Virus record (IMG/VR): IMGVR_UViG_3300035698_011749
Span: 497 to 64,496 of that record
DNA length: 64,000 nt
Reading direction: 5' to 3' (one strand)
Source of the DNA: a virus
Taxonomy: Duplodnaviria > Caudoviricetes
Shown here: piece by piece, positions 29,683 to 40,695 of the stretch
Position numbering within the stretch: position 1 is the stretch's first letter
Layout of the letters: the number at the start of each line of letters is the position of its first letter
Translations under genes and position numbers: made by a program
The notes under the pieces: model-generated
Database searches by the model: none
What the model was told of the DNA's origin: nothing
Seen by the model: only the letters and a program-made list of their open reading frames with translations

Positions 29683-30153
29683 TCACGGTGCGGTATAAAT
29701 CACTTTCCGATTCTTAGGACTCGCAGCAGAAGCACCACCAATTCTGATTCCACGGTATACCCACATCCTTCGCGGTTTCCACATCTTATCCTCTTTGCAG
29801 GTTTTAATAAGCTGCTTATCCCAAACAAGCCGCCATTCCTGCCCCATTTTTTCCATCCTCATCAATTCAAACCCGCCATCATGCTCAAGAGATCCCCGCA
29901 TAAATGACTTTAAGAAAGCCTTAAGCAATCTTTGGCCGATAAAGGGAATCCTATTGAAGAAAGCGGCAATGAACTTTGTCGGACCGCTCGGGCCGTCCCA
30001 CGCATACCCCCACTGAATTTTCAAAGTGCCGTCCGAAGTCAGCATTATAAAACGAGTACCGATAGTTTCCTTTGGATAGATGTCAACATGACCAACGTAT
30101 GTTTCAGCAAGAATATAGATCCCGCACTTTTTATAATATTTAATGGTTTTCAT
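29683..30153 (-). CDS. DUF1353-like protein
   Basis: GYAWDGPSGP, SLEHD and VYRGIRIGG; start at MKTIKY. Confidence 0.65.
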   Translation of the reverse strand: MKTIKYYKKCGIYILAETYVGHVDIYPKETIGTRFIMLTSDGTLKIQWGYAWDGPSGPTKFIAAFFNRIPFIGQRLLKAFLKSFMRGSLEHDGGFELMRMEKMGQEWRLVWDKQLIKTCKEDKMWKPRRMWVYRGIRIGGASAASPKNRKVIYTAP

Positions 30154-30310
30154 TATCAGCCTCCCTGATCTGCTTTTTAACTCCGAGGTCAAGTGCTAAG
30201 GCTTTCCTTAATGCGAGATTGTTTTTCTTGCGTAAAGCCAAGAATTTTATAATTTTCTTTTTAAGCCTAATGTGCTCCTTCTCCAGCCACTTCAAGTTTT
30301 CTATAGCCAT
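30140..30310 (-). CDS. 56-aa basic protein; below the ORF-track cutoff
   Basis: AAGGAGGT RBS; MAIENLKWLEKEH... Confidence 0.55.
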   Translation of the reverse strand: MAIENLKWLEKEHIRLKKKIIKFLALRKKNNLALRKALALDLGVKKQIREADNENH

Positions 30311-30333
30311 GGCGGACCTCCTTAACTAAATAC

Positions 30334-30765
30334 TTAATCAGGACAAATGTTAATAAGATTTGATCTAAATAAATCTAAATCAAAATTCCTTCCAGGGCAT
30401 GTTTTATTTGCAAACTCTTTGTGGCCTTTTACATTTAAATTAGAAATATTATATATTCTTTGTAACCAATTAACTAATCTAAGTCCAGCAGCCCACATAT
30501 CTTTAGGTACTTTATCTATATCATAATTTCCAATAAAACAAATTCCAATAGATTTCGAATTCATTCCTATTACATGAGCACCAACTCGATCAGATATTCT
30601 ACCTGCAATAATTTCATAATGCTTATTAACTAATTCAATTCCCCAATGATAACCTATCGCATTCCAGCCTAATGTTTTAGTATGATACTTGCGAATAGCA
30701 TCCCAGGAAACTGTTCCACTATCTTTTGTAAGCGAGTGATGAATTATGACATATTTAGGAATCAT
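30334..30765 (-). CDS. Endolysin, N-acetylmuramoyl-L-alanine amidase (T7 lysozyme-like)
   Basis: IIHHS, IGYH, GAHV, SIGICFIGNY and GHKE..KTCPG. Confidence 0.92.
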   Translation of the reverse strand: MIPKYVIIHHSLTKDSGTVSWDAIRKYHTKTLGWNAIGYHWGIELVNKHYEIIAGRISDRVGAHVIGMNSKSIGICFIGNYDIDKVPKDMWAAGLRLVNWLQRIYNISNLNVKGHKEFANKTCPGRNFDLDLFRSNLINICPD

Positions 30766-30768
30766 TAG

Positions 30769-31209
30769 TTACCTTCCAGCAATATCAAACCAAGCTTTAA
30801 CCCAAGCAAGTAGAACAGCCCCAGATAAACCTCTATTCCACCAAGTTTGCTTAGCTTTAAGATCATTTGATGTTGTTTCTATTTCACTTAATTTTTGTTT
30901 AAAGCCAGCTTTTCCTTGCGTGCCTATTAAACAATGTTCTATATCAGCTACAGTTCCAAATAAACCTTTACTATCTGGAACATCTTTTATACCACAAACA
31001 ATAGTTGTTAAATCAACAACATTACGAGTAATGCCACCAGTACCATCCAAACCAAATATAACTTTTTTTACTTCTTTTAAATTATTATCTATTTTATCAC
31101 TAACAATCTGAAAGTCTTTTTTAATTTCTTGTCTATGTTCTTTTATTTGAATATCAACTTTATTAGACATCTTTTCCATAGCAGTAAGAATTTCTCTTTT
31201 ATCTTCCAT
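30769..31209 (-). CDS. Coiled-coil protein with C-terminal hydrophobic helix, possible holin/lysis accessory
   Basis: Directly upstream of the endolysin. Confidence 0.45.
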   Translation of the reverse strand: MEDKREILTAMEKMSNKVDIQIKEHRQEIKKDFQIVSDKIDNNLKEVKKVIFGLDGTGGITRNVVDLTTIVCGIKDVPDSKGLFGTVADIEHCLIGTQGKAGFKQKLSEIETTSNDLKAKQTWWNRGLSGAVLLAWVKAWFDIAGR

Positions 31210-31225
31210 TGATATGTCTCCAAAG

Positions 31226-34200
31226 TTAATGGTTAACTAAAGCAAAGTAGCGTTTTCTTATTTGATTTTGGTGCTCAGTTAATTGACCAATTCTTTTACG
31301 AACATTTGTAGTTTGTTCTAGTTTTTTAAGTTTATTAATCAAAGTAGTTACATTATTTACTGATTTTTTAAAATTTTCATAAATTTTCATCTGCTTAAAA
31401 GTATCAGGATTGGTATTAAGAAAGAATCTTTTATCTTCTATTTCTTCAAAGTCTTTTTTAAACTTTCTAAATTCTTTTCCTGCTTTACTGAAATCCTGTT
31501 CCTCAATAGAAGGTCTATATTCAGTTCCTCGTCCAACACGCCAATATGCTAATTTTCCTATTAAAGGAATAGACTCTAAAAATCTTGATTCTTCTAAAGG
31601 ATTAACAAACATCTTTTTATTAGTAATATCTTTTCCAAAAGAATTTATAAACTTATATGGCGGAAGAACCATCTGTAAAGCAGCCGTACCAGCACCCTCT
31701 CTTCTTGCTTGCATTCTCACATATCTGTTAGCACCACCCATGGTCCAAAGATTTTCAATTACATTATCTGAAAATTTTGTTTCTTTTCCTGACATCCAAT
31801 CTTTAATCTCATCTGCTCCAGCATTAGCCAGCGCAAGAGCACTGCCAATTACAATTAAATTCCTCATTGCTTCTAACTTCTGATGTGCATCGCCATCTTT
31901 AAATTCTCTCCAAACTTCATTACGAAAGACATCAAACTGTTTAATTGTATATGTTTTAAGCATATATAATACTCGTAAATTACCACCTTTAAGATAATAC
32001 TCTGTCATTTCAGACAATGAAACAGGTTGAAAATCTAACAATCTGGAATATAACAACATTTTTATATTCGCAGAAGGTTTCATAGAAGAATCTTTTTTTA
32101 ATGCTAATAATTCATTAATAACACTATTAGATTTATTACCAAAAATTGGACGAATCTTTTTTAATAGTTTTTTTCTACCAATTTCTGTACTTGCCTGTCT
32201 TTTGTATGTATCAAAAGCATTATTAATAAGCAATTCTTTACCAATTGAATCAATTCTATCAAGCTGTACCAGTTTAAATACCTTAGAAACCAATTTGCTC
32301 ATAGAATCAAAATCAGAAAATTCTTGCGCAATTCTTTCAATACCTAAATCTTCTTTAGCGATATCAGATTGCTTAAATGCTGCTTTAATTAAGTTCTTAC
32401 CAATACCACCCCATCTCATAGGATTCCAAACTTCTCCAACATGCATAGCCCAGGCAAGGTCACCAATCTGAGTAATAGCTGAATATGGATTACCCATAAT
32501 AAGAATATAAGAAATATTCTTATATAATTGAGTTTTGCCAGTTGTACCATGCTCATGAAATCTGGCCTCTAAAATATCACGTAAAGCTTTTTCATCTTTT
32601 TTATGCAACTTTCCGTAAATAATTAAATCATTAATATAAGCTCCGATGTTTTCTTTATAGTCAGACTGATTTTTATATTTTTCAAGATCAATATCATAAT
32701 TTTCAACACGTTTTACTAAATCTTCTATTCTTTTTTCATGGGCTTCAACTAACTTTATTTTGTTATCATCAATCGCAGGTTCACTTTTTTCAAGTGCTAC
32801 TAATTGCTCAAGCTTAGTTAATTCTGTATTTGCTTTATTTCTTTTTGTTTTTATTTTAGCAATATTTTCTGGCATCTTACCAAAGAATTTTCTTGCTTCG
32901 ATTTTCTTTGATATATTATAAACATATTGCATTAATGCTGCATCAGCATCCAGATAAAATTCTGCAAACTCTTGAGGAATAGTCTCAAAAACACGCTTTT
33001 GAATATTACCTGAACCACCAATTCCAGATGGGTTGCCAATAATAAGATTGCTACTAATATCTGCCGCAGAATCAGGAAAAGCTTCAATAAATTCATTAAC
33101 ATTCATACCTAATTTATTAGCTTTTTCTTTAATAGCTTCTGTAAACACGGCACGATGATTACTTTTTTGGATTGCCTGTAAGAATCCTGCTTGATCTTTA
33201 ATAATACGTGGCCAATATTCTTCAATATAACCTACATTTAAACCAACAGCTATTGCGTCTTGCCTAATTTTATCTAACAATGTTCTGAGTTTAGTAAGAG
33301 ATTCTTCAAAATTATATTTTTTAGCAAGCCGTAATACTTTACCTGAATCACCATCTTTACGTGCACGATCCCAAGCAGTTCTATCCTCTTTAGACATTTT
33401 TCTTTGATTTGAAATTATTTTTGGATGTGCTAATTCCAATATCGGTTGTGCTGCCTTCAGTATGGGCATAATTCTTTGAGCAATATCAAAATCAAGCCAG
33501 CGCATTTTCATTGCTAAATCAGGTAATTCTAAATCTTTAAGCCGAGTAGATATTGGTGTTAACATTTTATTAAGCGTTAATGAAACATCTGTTGTATCCA
33601 TTCTTGCAGATTGTTTAATCTTTTGGATTAAACTTGCTTTTTCTTGATGCATTTTTGTATATTCTTCATCAGTATGAAGTTGTTCTGGAAGAGGTTCACG
33701 AGTTTCAAATTGAGGACTTAATCTATCTTCAGATACTGCTCGCTGTGCTTCTTTCAGCGTTTTGAAAACACCTATTTGTTTCATATTTTCATTATATAAA
33801 TGGTATCCTGCTTTATTTGAACGGCCTTTTTGAATAGCATACTTTCGCTGTGGTATACCCCATTCATCCATCTTTCCAAATACTTCCCATGTTTCCGTAT
33901 CTGTCTTTACCCATTGGAGTTCTTTCAGAAGTTCACGAGTTTCAAAAAGAGCATTTCCTATACCGCCTACAAAACCTTCCTCCTTTAACATTTTATCTAA
34001 AGTTTCCCATGGAGGAATACTTTTCTTTTCTTCAGCAGACATACTTAATCTTTTCTCAATAAGTCTGGCTTCCATTTCTCCTGGATTTCTGTAGTAATTA
34101 TTCTTAGCCTGAACTTTAACTGTTGGAAGTTCTACACTCATCAAATCACTTTGAGACAATTTAAATTTATCTTTAAATTGATTTACAAATGGAAGTATTT

Positions 34201-36652
34201 GTTTATTAAACCATTCTAAATCGCTACCTTGAATATTTCGAGAAAGTTCTTCATCAAGTTTTTGTCTTACTTCAGGATCAACTATTTTTTCACGTAAGAC
34301 TTCTAACCTTCTTCTAATTTCTAACCCGGACTCAGTTTTAAGAGACGTACCTAAAAAAGCATTAACTTTTGAGTTTATTGCGTGTTGAAGTTCGTGATAT
34401 AAACTTTCTTTATCTAAGTCTGCAATGAATAAAGTATCAGTATCAGGATCATAATAAGAATTTTTTTCATTAGTCGTTCTTGCTTTAATTTCTTTAGCTT
34501 CTGGCATAGCTTTATAAAGTTCAGGATAGTCTAAAACATCAGGAAGTTTTATAGCTCCTTTTTCAAATTGAGATTTAAAAGCAAGTTTGTAGTCATAGAA
34601 CTTAGCCTTGGATTCATCTATTTCATATCTCCACTTGCCATCTTTCCCAAGCCAGTAACCAGTCTTATCAAAAATTTCTTTATTGCGATAGAGCTTTTTA
34701 TACTTAAGTCCTCCACCCGATAAGAATGATTTAGTTTGACTGATAAGATCATTAATTACTTTTGGAATTTTATTCATAGGAATTACTGTGAGTTGCGGAT
34801 CAGTAGCTTCAACAACCCCATCACCAACCGTTCTCTCATAAAGCTTACCACTTTCAGCTTCTCTTGCTAAACCAGTAACATTCTGAAAATCTTGATTCCC
34901 ACTAACAGTTCTTTGTCCCATTACATAAAGTTGATTAAAAAAGTCAAGCACTTTCTGAATTATCTTGCCAAGTGGAGTATTGCGATATTTTTCTCGGGAT
35001 GTCATTAATTGAGCAAATGTATTCGCCCTGTTTTCTTTCATCCTCTTTATGGTATCTGGTTTACCTGTCTTATCATTTATTGCAGTACTAAGATCAAACT
35101 GAAGTTTATTTGCTTCACGAAGTTTGTTATATTCCTTATTAAGGGCTGCATCATCTTCTTTGGTAATAATTCCCAAGTTGTCAAGAACATGCTTATTTTC
35201 ATGCCATAAAGTTTTATTATCAGCAAAATCAGCGTCAAGTGTAATTTTAGTACCTATTGTAAGTCCAGGAATTATTCCTTTTTCAGACATCTGACCAGTT
35301 TGCATTGCATATTCAACAAAACCTTTACCAGCATCTTTAACATTTTCAATTGTAAAACCTTGCCCATTTTTTAGTCTTACAGATACTTGACCATCCTTAT
35401 TGATTGTAACATTTTGACCTGGAAATATTTTTTGAATATCAGCAAGCTGTAATCCCTGGCCAGGAGTTTGAGTTTCACGGATTTCAAAAGGTACTTCTAT
35501 GGAAAATGATGTTCCTGTCCCGTCCCTGACGATCCACTCTGACTTAGGTATGCCCTCCATGGTTCCGGGGGTGCCGGTAAAGCCTGCTCCGGCTTCGCGG
35601 GCGTAGATTTCGCCTGCCAAAGATTTATATTTATCTTGTGATGATACAGTTCCGCTAATTAACTCGTCTGCTTGCTCATCAAGTTCTTTCTCTAACCTTT
35701 TTATTTCTTTATTTATTGTTGACTTAGGAGCGGTGTCTTCGCCTGTGATAAGGATGCTCCCATTTCTCTCCCCATATTTTGCTAATATCTTCTTGTATTC
35801 ATCGAGTAATCCAGCCGTAGCATCAACGGCATTCTTTGTGATTGGCATAAAACTTTCAGGACTCCCGCCCCTCGCAAAGCCCTCTATCTCCTGAATGGCG
35901 TGGCTGATTTCATGGAGGATAACGCCCTTGAATGACTCCTTATTTGATGGGTCGCCAACCCGAATTAATCCGTTGCGATATGATGCTCCGGTCCCAAGAA
36001 GTGGATCGTACTGCACCTCAATATTCGTCAATTCTGGATATGCTTTATACAAATCAGGATGATCTATTAGCTCCCCAAGGGTTCTATTATACCTGTTAGT
36101 TTCATCAAACTCGGATTGCATGTCTGATCTGAACTTCTTGTATGCCGTAAACTCTTTTCCTGACATATCAGAGACGCCTGGCCCCCGCCGCCCATATTTT
36201 TCTTTTTCTTTCACATTGAAAAACTGCTCCCACGTTTTTGCAATAGGCGGCTTTAGCAGCTTCGCCCCTGAATCATCAATCCTCCAAGCCCACTTCCCTG
36301 ACGCCTCCCTGACCCACCCCGTTGCCTTGAAAACCTCGGCGTCGGTCTTGCTTTCGGAGTACATCGCTTCTGCTTTGGACAAGTTGCCTGTAGGCGCACC
36401 TATGGCATTCACTCCAACAATAGAAAAATTTGGAGTAATCTTTTCCGGAATAACAGCACCAGCTTCTTTAGCTTTAGTAAAAATATCACTCCGTTCAGCT
36501 TTTAAAAAATCAAGATGCCCATCCACAGCAAATACTTCTGCTTGATTTCCAGTATAACCATCATTTTTAAGATCAGTCAATAATGTTTTTATCGCTGCCT
36601 CATCGGCAGGGTCAAGCTTATGTATTTTCAAACAATTCGCAAGAGGCTTCAT
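31226..36652 (-). CDS. Large polyvalent/ejection protein with two LPD23-like + zincin modules and a third HExxH
   Basis: TGW...SGKWAWRIDD and TGYWLGKDGKWRYEIDE; HEISH, HENKH, HELQH; helical C-terminal region. Confidence 0.75.
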   Translation of the reverse strand: MKPLANCLKIHKLDPADEAAIKTLLTDLKNDGYTGNQAEVFAVDGHLDFLKAERSDIFTKAKEAGAVIPEKITPNFSIVGVNAIGAPTGNLSKAEAMYSESKTDAEVFKATGWVREASGKWAWRIDDSGAKLLKPPIAKTWEQFFNVKEKEKYGRRGPGVSDMSGKEFTAYKKFRSDMQSEFDETNRYNRTLGELIDHPDLYKAYPELTNIEVQYDPLLGTGASYRNGLIRVGDPSNKESFKGVILHEISHAIQEIEGFARGGSPESFMPITKNAVDATAGLLDEYKKILAKYGERNGSILITGEDTAPKSTINKEIKRLEKELDEQADELISGTVSSQDKYKSLAGEIYAREAGAGFTGTPGTMEGIPKSEWIVRDGTGTSFSIEVPFEIRETQTPGQGLQLADIQKIFPGQNVTINKDGQVSVRLKNGQGFTIENVKDAGKGFVEYAMQTGQMSEKGIIPGLTIGTKITLDADFADNKTLWHENKHVLDNLGIITKEDDAALNKEYNKLREANKLQFDLSTAINDKTGKPDTIKRMKENRANTFAQLMTSREKYRNTPLGKIIQKVLDFFNQLYVMGQRTVSGNQDFQNVTGLAREAESGKLYERTVGDGVVEATDPQLTVIPMNKIPKVINDLISQTKSFLSGGGLKYKKLYRNKEIFDKTGYWLGKDGKWRYEIDESKAKFYDYKLAFKSQFEKGAIKLPDVLDYPELYKAMPEAKEIKARTTNEKNSYYDPDTDTLFIADLDKESLYHELQHAINSKVNAFLGTSLKTESGLEIRRRLEVLREKIVDPEVRQKLDEELSRNIQGSDLEWFNKQILPFVNQFKDKFKLSQSDLMSVELPTVKVQAKNNYYRNPGEMEARLIEKRLSMSAEEKKSIPPWETLDKMLKEEGFVGGIGNALFETRELLKELQWVKTDTETWEVFGKMDEWGIPQRKYAIQKGRSNKAGYHLYNENMKQIGVFKTLKEAQRAVSEDRLSPQFETREPLPEQLHTDEEYTKMHQEKASLIQKIKQSARMDTTDVSLTLNKMLTPISTRLKDLELPDLAMKMRWLDFDIAQRIMPILKAAQPILELAHPKIISNQRKMSKEDRTAWDRARKDGDSGKVLRLAKKYNFEESLTKLRTLLDKIRQDAIAVGLNVGYIEEYWPRIIKDQAGFLQAIQKSNHRAVFTEAIKEKANKLGMNVNEFIEAFPDSAADISSNLIIGNPSGIGGSGNIQKRVFETIPQEFAEFYLDADAALMQYVYNISKKIEARKFFGKMPENIAKIKTKRNKANTELTKLEQLVALEKSEPAIDDNKIKLVEAHEKRIEDLVKRVENYDIDLEKYKNQSDYKENIGAYINDLIIYGKLHKKDEKALRDILEARFHEHGTTGKTQLYKNISYILIMGNPYSAITQIGDLAWAMHVGEVWNPMRWGGIGKNLIKAAFKQSDIAKEDLGIERIAQEFSDFDSMSKLVSKVFKLVQLDRIDSIGKELLINNAFDTYKRQASTEIGRKKLLKKIRPIFGNKSNSVINELLALKKDSSMKPSANIKMLLYSRLLDFQPVSLSEMTEYYLKGGNLRVLYMLKTYTIKQFDVFRNEVWREFKDGDAHQKLEAMRNLIVIGSALALANAGADEIKDWMSGKETKFSDNVIENLWTMGGANRYVRMQARREGAGTAALQMVLPPYKFINSFGKDITNKKMFVNPLEESRFLESIPLIGKLAYWRVGRGTEYRPSIEEQDFSKAGKEFRKFKKDFEEIEDKRFFLNTNPDTFKQMKIYENFKKSVNNVTTLINKLKKLEQTTNVRKRIGQLTEHQNQIRKRYFALVNH

Positions 36653-37681
36653 TATATAGTCCCCGAAAGTGTAAGTGCTTCTAAAATTTCAAGTATTTCT
36701 CGATCTTCTTGACTTATCAATTTAAGATATTTATACTTTTCTGGAAGTGGTTCATCCCACATACTCGAACCGAGATACTCACCACCACCTCCAGCAGAAC
36801 TACCACCTTGTTGTGCTGGTTGAGGTTTTTGTCCCCATGAGCCAGTTTTCCAAGCATCAGTTTTCCATGCTTTTAATGCCCATGCCCAAAATTGCATTAT
36901 ACTGGTCCCCAAGGATCAGCTTCTATGCCTACGCCTGTGACCGTTATTCCATTTACTTGCTTTACGTTGACATCTTTTACAGGTTCAATGCTTCCATAGG
37001 CATATCTTTCTTCTCCAGTAAGATCCGCACTGTCCCAAACTACATAATAGTCAACCGTACTGTCATGGGTAACAAAATTATATTTATAACCACCTTTGGC
37101 TATTTCGGTCGCCGCCACACCATTGATAATTACAGAATTATCCGAAGTGTCATAGATATAAATAACCACATTGGCAAGTCCGGTCTTTGGGGAACCGTTC
37201 TCCGTAAATGTAGTTTTCAGCATCTTAGCCATCTATTCAGTTCCCTTCGCTTCTTCGTTCTGGGGTCCGATTTCGGCTTGAATCTTATTGAACAATGCTG
37301 ACAAGGGGCTTTGTGTAATCCATTCCTTGTGTGGCCTGTCAGACAGATAATCAAAAACCGCCTCTAAAAGTCCCGCTGATACTACATAATATTTGGGCAT
37401 CACTTCTCCTCTTTCGTTAAAGTTACATCTGGGAGTTCCCCCACAAAGTCACCTTCAAGAACCTTCGGTATATCCTTGAAAGTATCCGGACTATCTGAGG
37501 CATCTGCCGCATTTAAATCGCCCACAACTTTGTTGAAGTCCACCTTGGCCTTTGTTATTGCGGCCTTTGCATGGCCAAGCCTTTTCACCAGATCATCCCC
37601 GGTACAGGTTTCCTCTACGTCTGGTTGTTCCTTTAACTGTACATACATCTCGCGTTCTGCGTCCCAAGTTAGATTTGTCAT
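36652..37681 (-). CDS. Four small tail-associated ORFs (36652-36912 with Trp repeats; 36897-37232; 37233-37400, not in track; 37400-37681)
   Basis: Tightly coupled ORFs downstream of the fibre genes. Confidence 0.6.
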
Positions 37682-37706
37682 GGTGCATCCTCCAAATATA
37701 TGTCAT

Positions 37707-38960
37707 TTAATCAGCGTCTGATAGAAATCCGTCGTCGCTCAACGGTTCCCAAGTGCAATGCCAATCTATCGATCCACTCGCAAGAGCCGCGCTTAATACG
37801 ACCCTTATGTAGGTAACCAGTCCGTTATCGGCAACAATGTCAATGGGGTTTTTAGGATCCTTAAACGAAGCGTTTTCAGTAACAGCGGGAACACCAGCGG
37901 GATTAGCTAAAGCAAGCGGATCACCAGCATGGCTATTGCGAACTAAAACCGCTCCAGAAACCACATTCTGTATTTGCAAGCCGGGGGAATCCGTTATGTC
38001 TACACCTGAGTCAGACCATAACTGAAGGTAAATAGTGCTTGACGTACCTGGTATTACAGTTTCCACCATTCCCCAGATATCACTTATTCTAACACCCCCA
38101 GTTACTTTAAATATGTTATATGTGGTATCTAACCCTGCAAAAGTAGTTGTATTGTGTTTGACATCATCATAATGGAAATCAGACCAGACATTTCCGTGGT
38201 CTTCGTCAACCCACCTTCCATCATCATGCCCTGTCGAGCAGTTGAGGAGTGTCCAGTTTTTGGAGCCTGTCAATATCGCATATCCAGCCCCTTCATGGCC
38301 TTCCGATGTGCAGTTTATTAAGGTTCCAGTATCAGCCCCACCGTTTATCTGATATCCTGTGGTTGCTGAGTTCCCAACCGTTTTACATTCATTGAGTCGG
38401 CCTTGTTGCCCCTGAATATCATAAGCTATCGAGATCGGATACCCAACCGCGTAATCATTAACCACTGTTCCTGAACCGGTCACGCAAAGCCCAACAATAC
38501 CGCCTATGATTTTCCCGTCTGAGATTCGGCATTCATCCCCTGAAACCACCATGCCCGTAGCTCCTGATGCGGGGGTCAGCTTGTGATCGCCTACAACTCT
38601 GCATGAGGCGCCTGATATGGTAAGTGCCGTGCCGGACGCAGGGTTAATAATGACTCCGATTTCAAACCATAGCTCGGCAGCATTGTTGGTTACATCGATC
38701 CCCGTCTCGGTATAGGTTCCCGCTTTGACATTAAGGGAATCCCCGTCAGACATAGCGGCTATTCCAGCCCCAATGGACGCAAAGGCAACGTCAGGGCGTT
38801 TGCCGCTATTGGCATCGGACCCATTGTTTTTGTCCACATACCAGATATCCCCACCGAACTTTGGGATATGGGAGGTCCGGTCAATGAAACTTGCCGAAAC
38901 AAAGACGGGGATGAGGATCAATAAGGCTGCAATTATTATTCTTTTTATCATATTTACCAC
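37707..38960 (-). CDS. Beta-helix tailspike/depolymerase-like protein with Sec signal peptide
   Basis: WYVD...GSDANSG...AFASI...GD...VKAGTY beta-helix cap; MIKRIIIAALLILIPVFVSA leader. Confidence 0.7.
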   Translation of the reverse strand: MVNMIKRIIIAALLILIPVFVSASFIDRTSHIPKFGGDIWYVDKNNGSDANSGKRPDVAFASIGAGIAAMSDGDSLNVKAGTYTETGIDVTNNAAELWFEIGVIINPASGTALTISGASCRVVGDHKLTPASGATGMVVSGDECRISDGKIIGGIVGLCVTGSGTVVNDYAVGYPISIAYDIQGQQGRLNECKTVGNSATTGYQINGGADTGTLINCTSEGHEGAGYAILTGSKNWTLLNCSTGHDDGRWVDEDHGNVWSDFHYDDVKHNTTTFAGLDTTYNIFKVTGGVRISDIWGMVETVIPGTSSTIYLQLWSDSGVDITDSPGLQIQNVVSGAVLVRNSHAGDPLALANPAGVPAVTENASFKDPKNPIDIVADNGLVTYIRVVLSAALASGSIDWHCTWEPLSDDGFLSDAD

Positions 38961-40303
38961 CAGAATTCTACGCTATCAAAATAAAGGTTAATGGTGTCAC
39001 CGTCTGTTAGAACAAGGTCAGATGCACCCCATATCGTTTCCGCGCCATTGGGAGTTAATGTGATATCGTTCCCAGATGATCCGCAATTAGATACTCTGTA
39101 ATTCGTTCCGTCAACTCCTGCCGGTAAATTCACAAGGTAAGCTCCGCCGTCTGAATCAGCTAAGACAATATGATGAGTGGCGTCAAGGGTAGTAACCCCT
39201 GTGATTCTGGTGGTATTCGCCACCCTGCCGCTTGTCGTGGTGAGTTTGGCGTGGGCCACATTGTCAGTCGTCAAAAGGCTCTGGTCAACCTGGATAACCG
39301 TGCCGTCAAAGAGTTGCCATGCAGGGCCAATATTCCCCCCGCCTAAATCCTTCGCCCAATGGCTGAATTGTCCTGCAATGTTACTTGTCGGGTCAACGCC
39401 CGTTGCCATGACAAGGCCCTTGGCTAAAGATGTAGGATTTACAGTCGCACCTATTAGGAGGTTTCCATCCAACAGACGCATGGTTTCAACAAAACCTGTC
39501 GTGTCATATAGCGCATTACCCCCAGGCCCAAAGCGTAATGCCTTGGCTTGCTTCCAATACAATGCAGGGCCGTAAGTATCAGACGCATAGAAGGATAAAA
39601 AATCTGTTGTACTGGCTACCCCAACCTGACCCGCTTCACTATCCCCACGAACATCAAAAGGCAGAAGCGGAGAATCTGTGTTAAGCCCGATATGTCCCCC
39701 ACCAGCTTTAATTGCAAATCTGGTTCCTTTATCTGTGCCATTGTAATATTCTTTGAGGTTAAAATCTCCAGTGTTATCCTCTTCCAGCGTGTAATAAAAA
39801 GTTGCACTATAACCAATTCTTAAATTGTTTGCCGTGGTTCTGACAATATGCACTGGTTGGGTATGGCTAACAGTACCATCACCTGCAATAGCGATAGCTC
39901 CAGGGGTGGTAACCGATCCAATGTTTCCAGCATCGGGGATTATTAGGTTTTGATTAAACGAAACCGGCCCAGTCGTATCAAAGGCAAACGCCCCGCCGTT
40001 CGAGTTTACTCTATCGAGTTCAAGGGTATGCCCATCGTGCCTATGGTCTGTGGCAGAAGCACCTATATCGCCTAATATCTGCGCCGCAGTTCGGGACACG
40101 ACAACACCAGCGTTGGATACCAGTATATTCCCGGCTACCCCTGCGGCGATATTGCCAAGGGTCACATTCCCGCTGGCATCTTCAAGGGTCTGGGAGTTCT
40201 GAGCAACTTGGCCCGTTATACCATCAAACCGAATAAAGGCATTAGCAGTCGAGGATGATGGACCACGGATGCCTCTTAGAATTTGCTTGGCAAGCTCACT
40301 CAT
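38954..40303 (-). CDS. Tail fibre protein
   Basis: GPSSSTANAFIRFDG.TG, GHIGLNTDSP, and C-terminal LPAG...TPNGAETI typical of fibres. Confidence 0.7.
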   Translation of the reverse strand: MSELAKQILRGIRGPSSSTANAFIRFDGITGQVAQNSQTLEDASGNVTLGNIAAGVAGNILVSNAGVVVSRTAAQILGDIGASATDHRHDGHTLELDRVNSNGGAFAFDTTGPVSFNQNLIIPDAGNIGSVTTPGAIAIAGDGTVSHTQPVHIVRTTANNLRIGYSATFYYTLEEDNTGDFNLKEYYNGTDKGTRFAIKAGGGHIGLNTDSPLLPFDVRGDSEAGQVGVASTTDFLSFYASDTYGPALYWKQAKALRFGPGGNALYDTTGFVETMRLLDGNLLIGATVNPTSLAKGLVMATGVDPTSNIAGQFSHWAKDLGGGNIGPAWQLFDGTVIQVDQSLLTTDNVAHAKLTTTSGRVANTTRITGVTTLDATHHIVLADSDGGAYLVNLPAGVDGTNYRVSNCGSSGNDITLTPNGAETIWGASDLVLTDGDTINLYFDSVEFWW

Positions 40304-40352
40304 TCAATTACCGCCTCAAAGATAAAAATAAAAATTGTTTTTAAATATTCCA

Positions 40353-40694
40353 TCACTTATCATCCCAATTAAAATCATATCTAATAGCAATACCATCATT
40401 ATTTCTAACTGGGATTACACTTTTGAGAGTTTTATTTTTAACAGGATCAACTTTTAAATTTTTATTCTCCATTGAAGATATTAAATTAGAAACCATTTTT
40501 AATGTTTCATCTGGAATGTTATTTGAAGATTCTACAGCTTTTTTAAGTGAAGTAACAGCATAGATTATACTTTTCATTAAATCTTCTATAGAAACAGTTT
40601 TCTTAGAAGGATCTATTTGTGCTTTCGTTTCTTTTATTTTAGCCAATTTAATTTCTTTGACTGACATAACATCTGTAAGTTTTCTTTGCTTCAT
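40353..40694 (-). CDS. Hypothetical protein
   Basis: ORF track. Confidence 0.6.
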   Translation of the reverse strand: MKQRKLTDVMSVKEIKLAKIKETKAQIDPSKKTVSIEDLMKSIIYAVTSLKKAVESSNNIPDETLKMVSNLISSMENKNLKVDPVKNKTLKSVIPVRNNDGIAIRYDFNWDDK

Positions 40695-40695
40695 T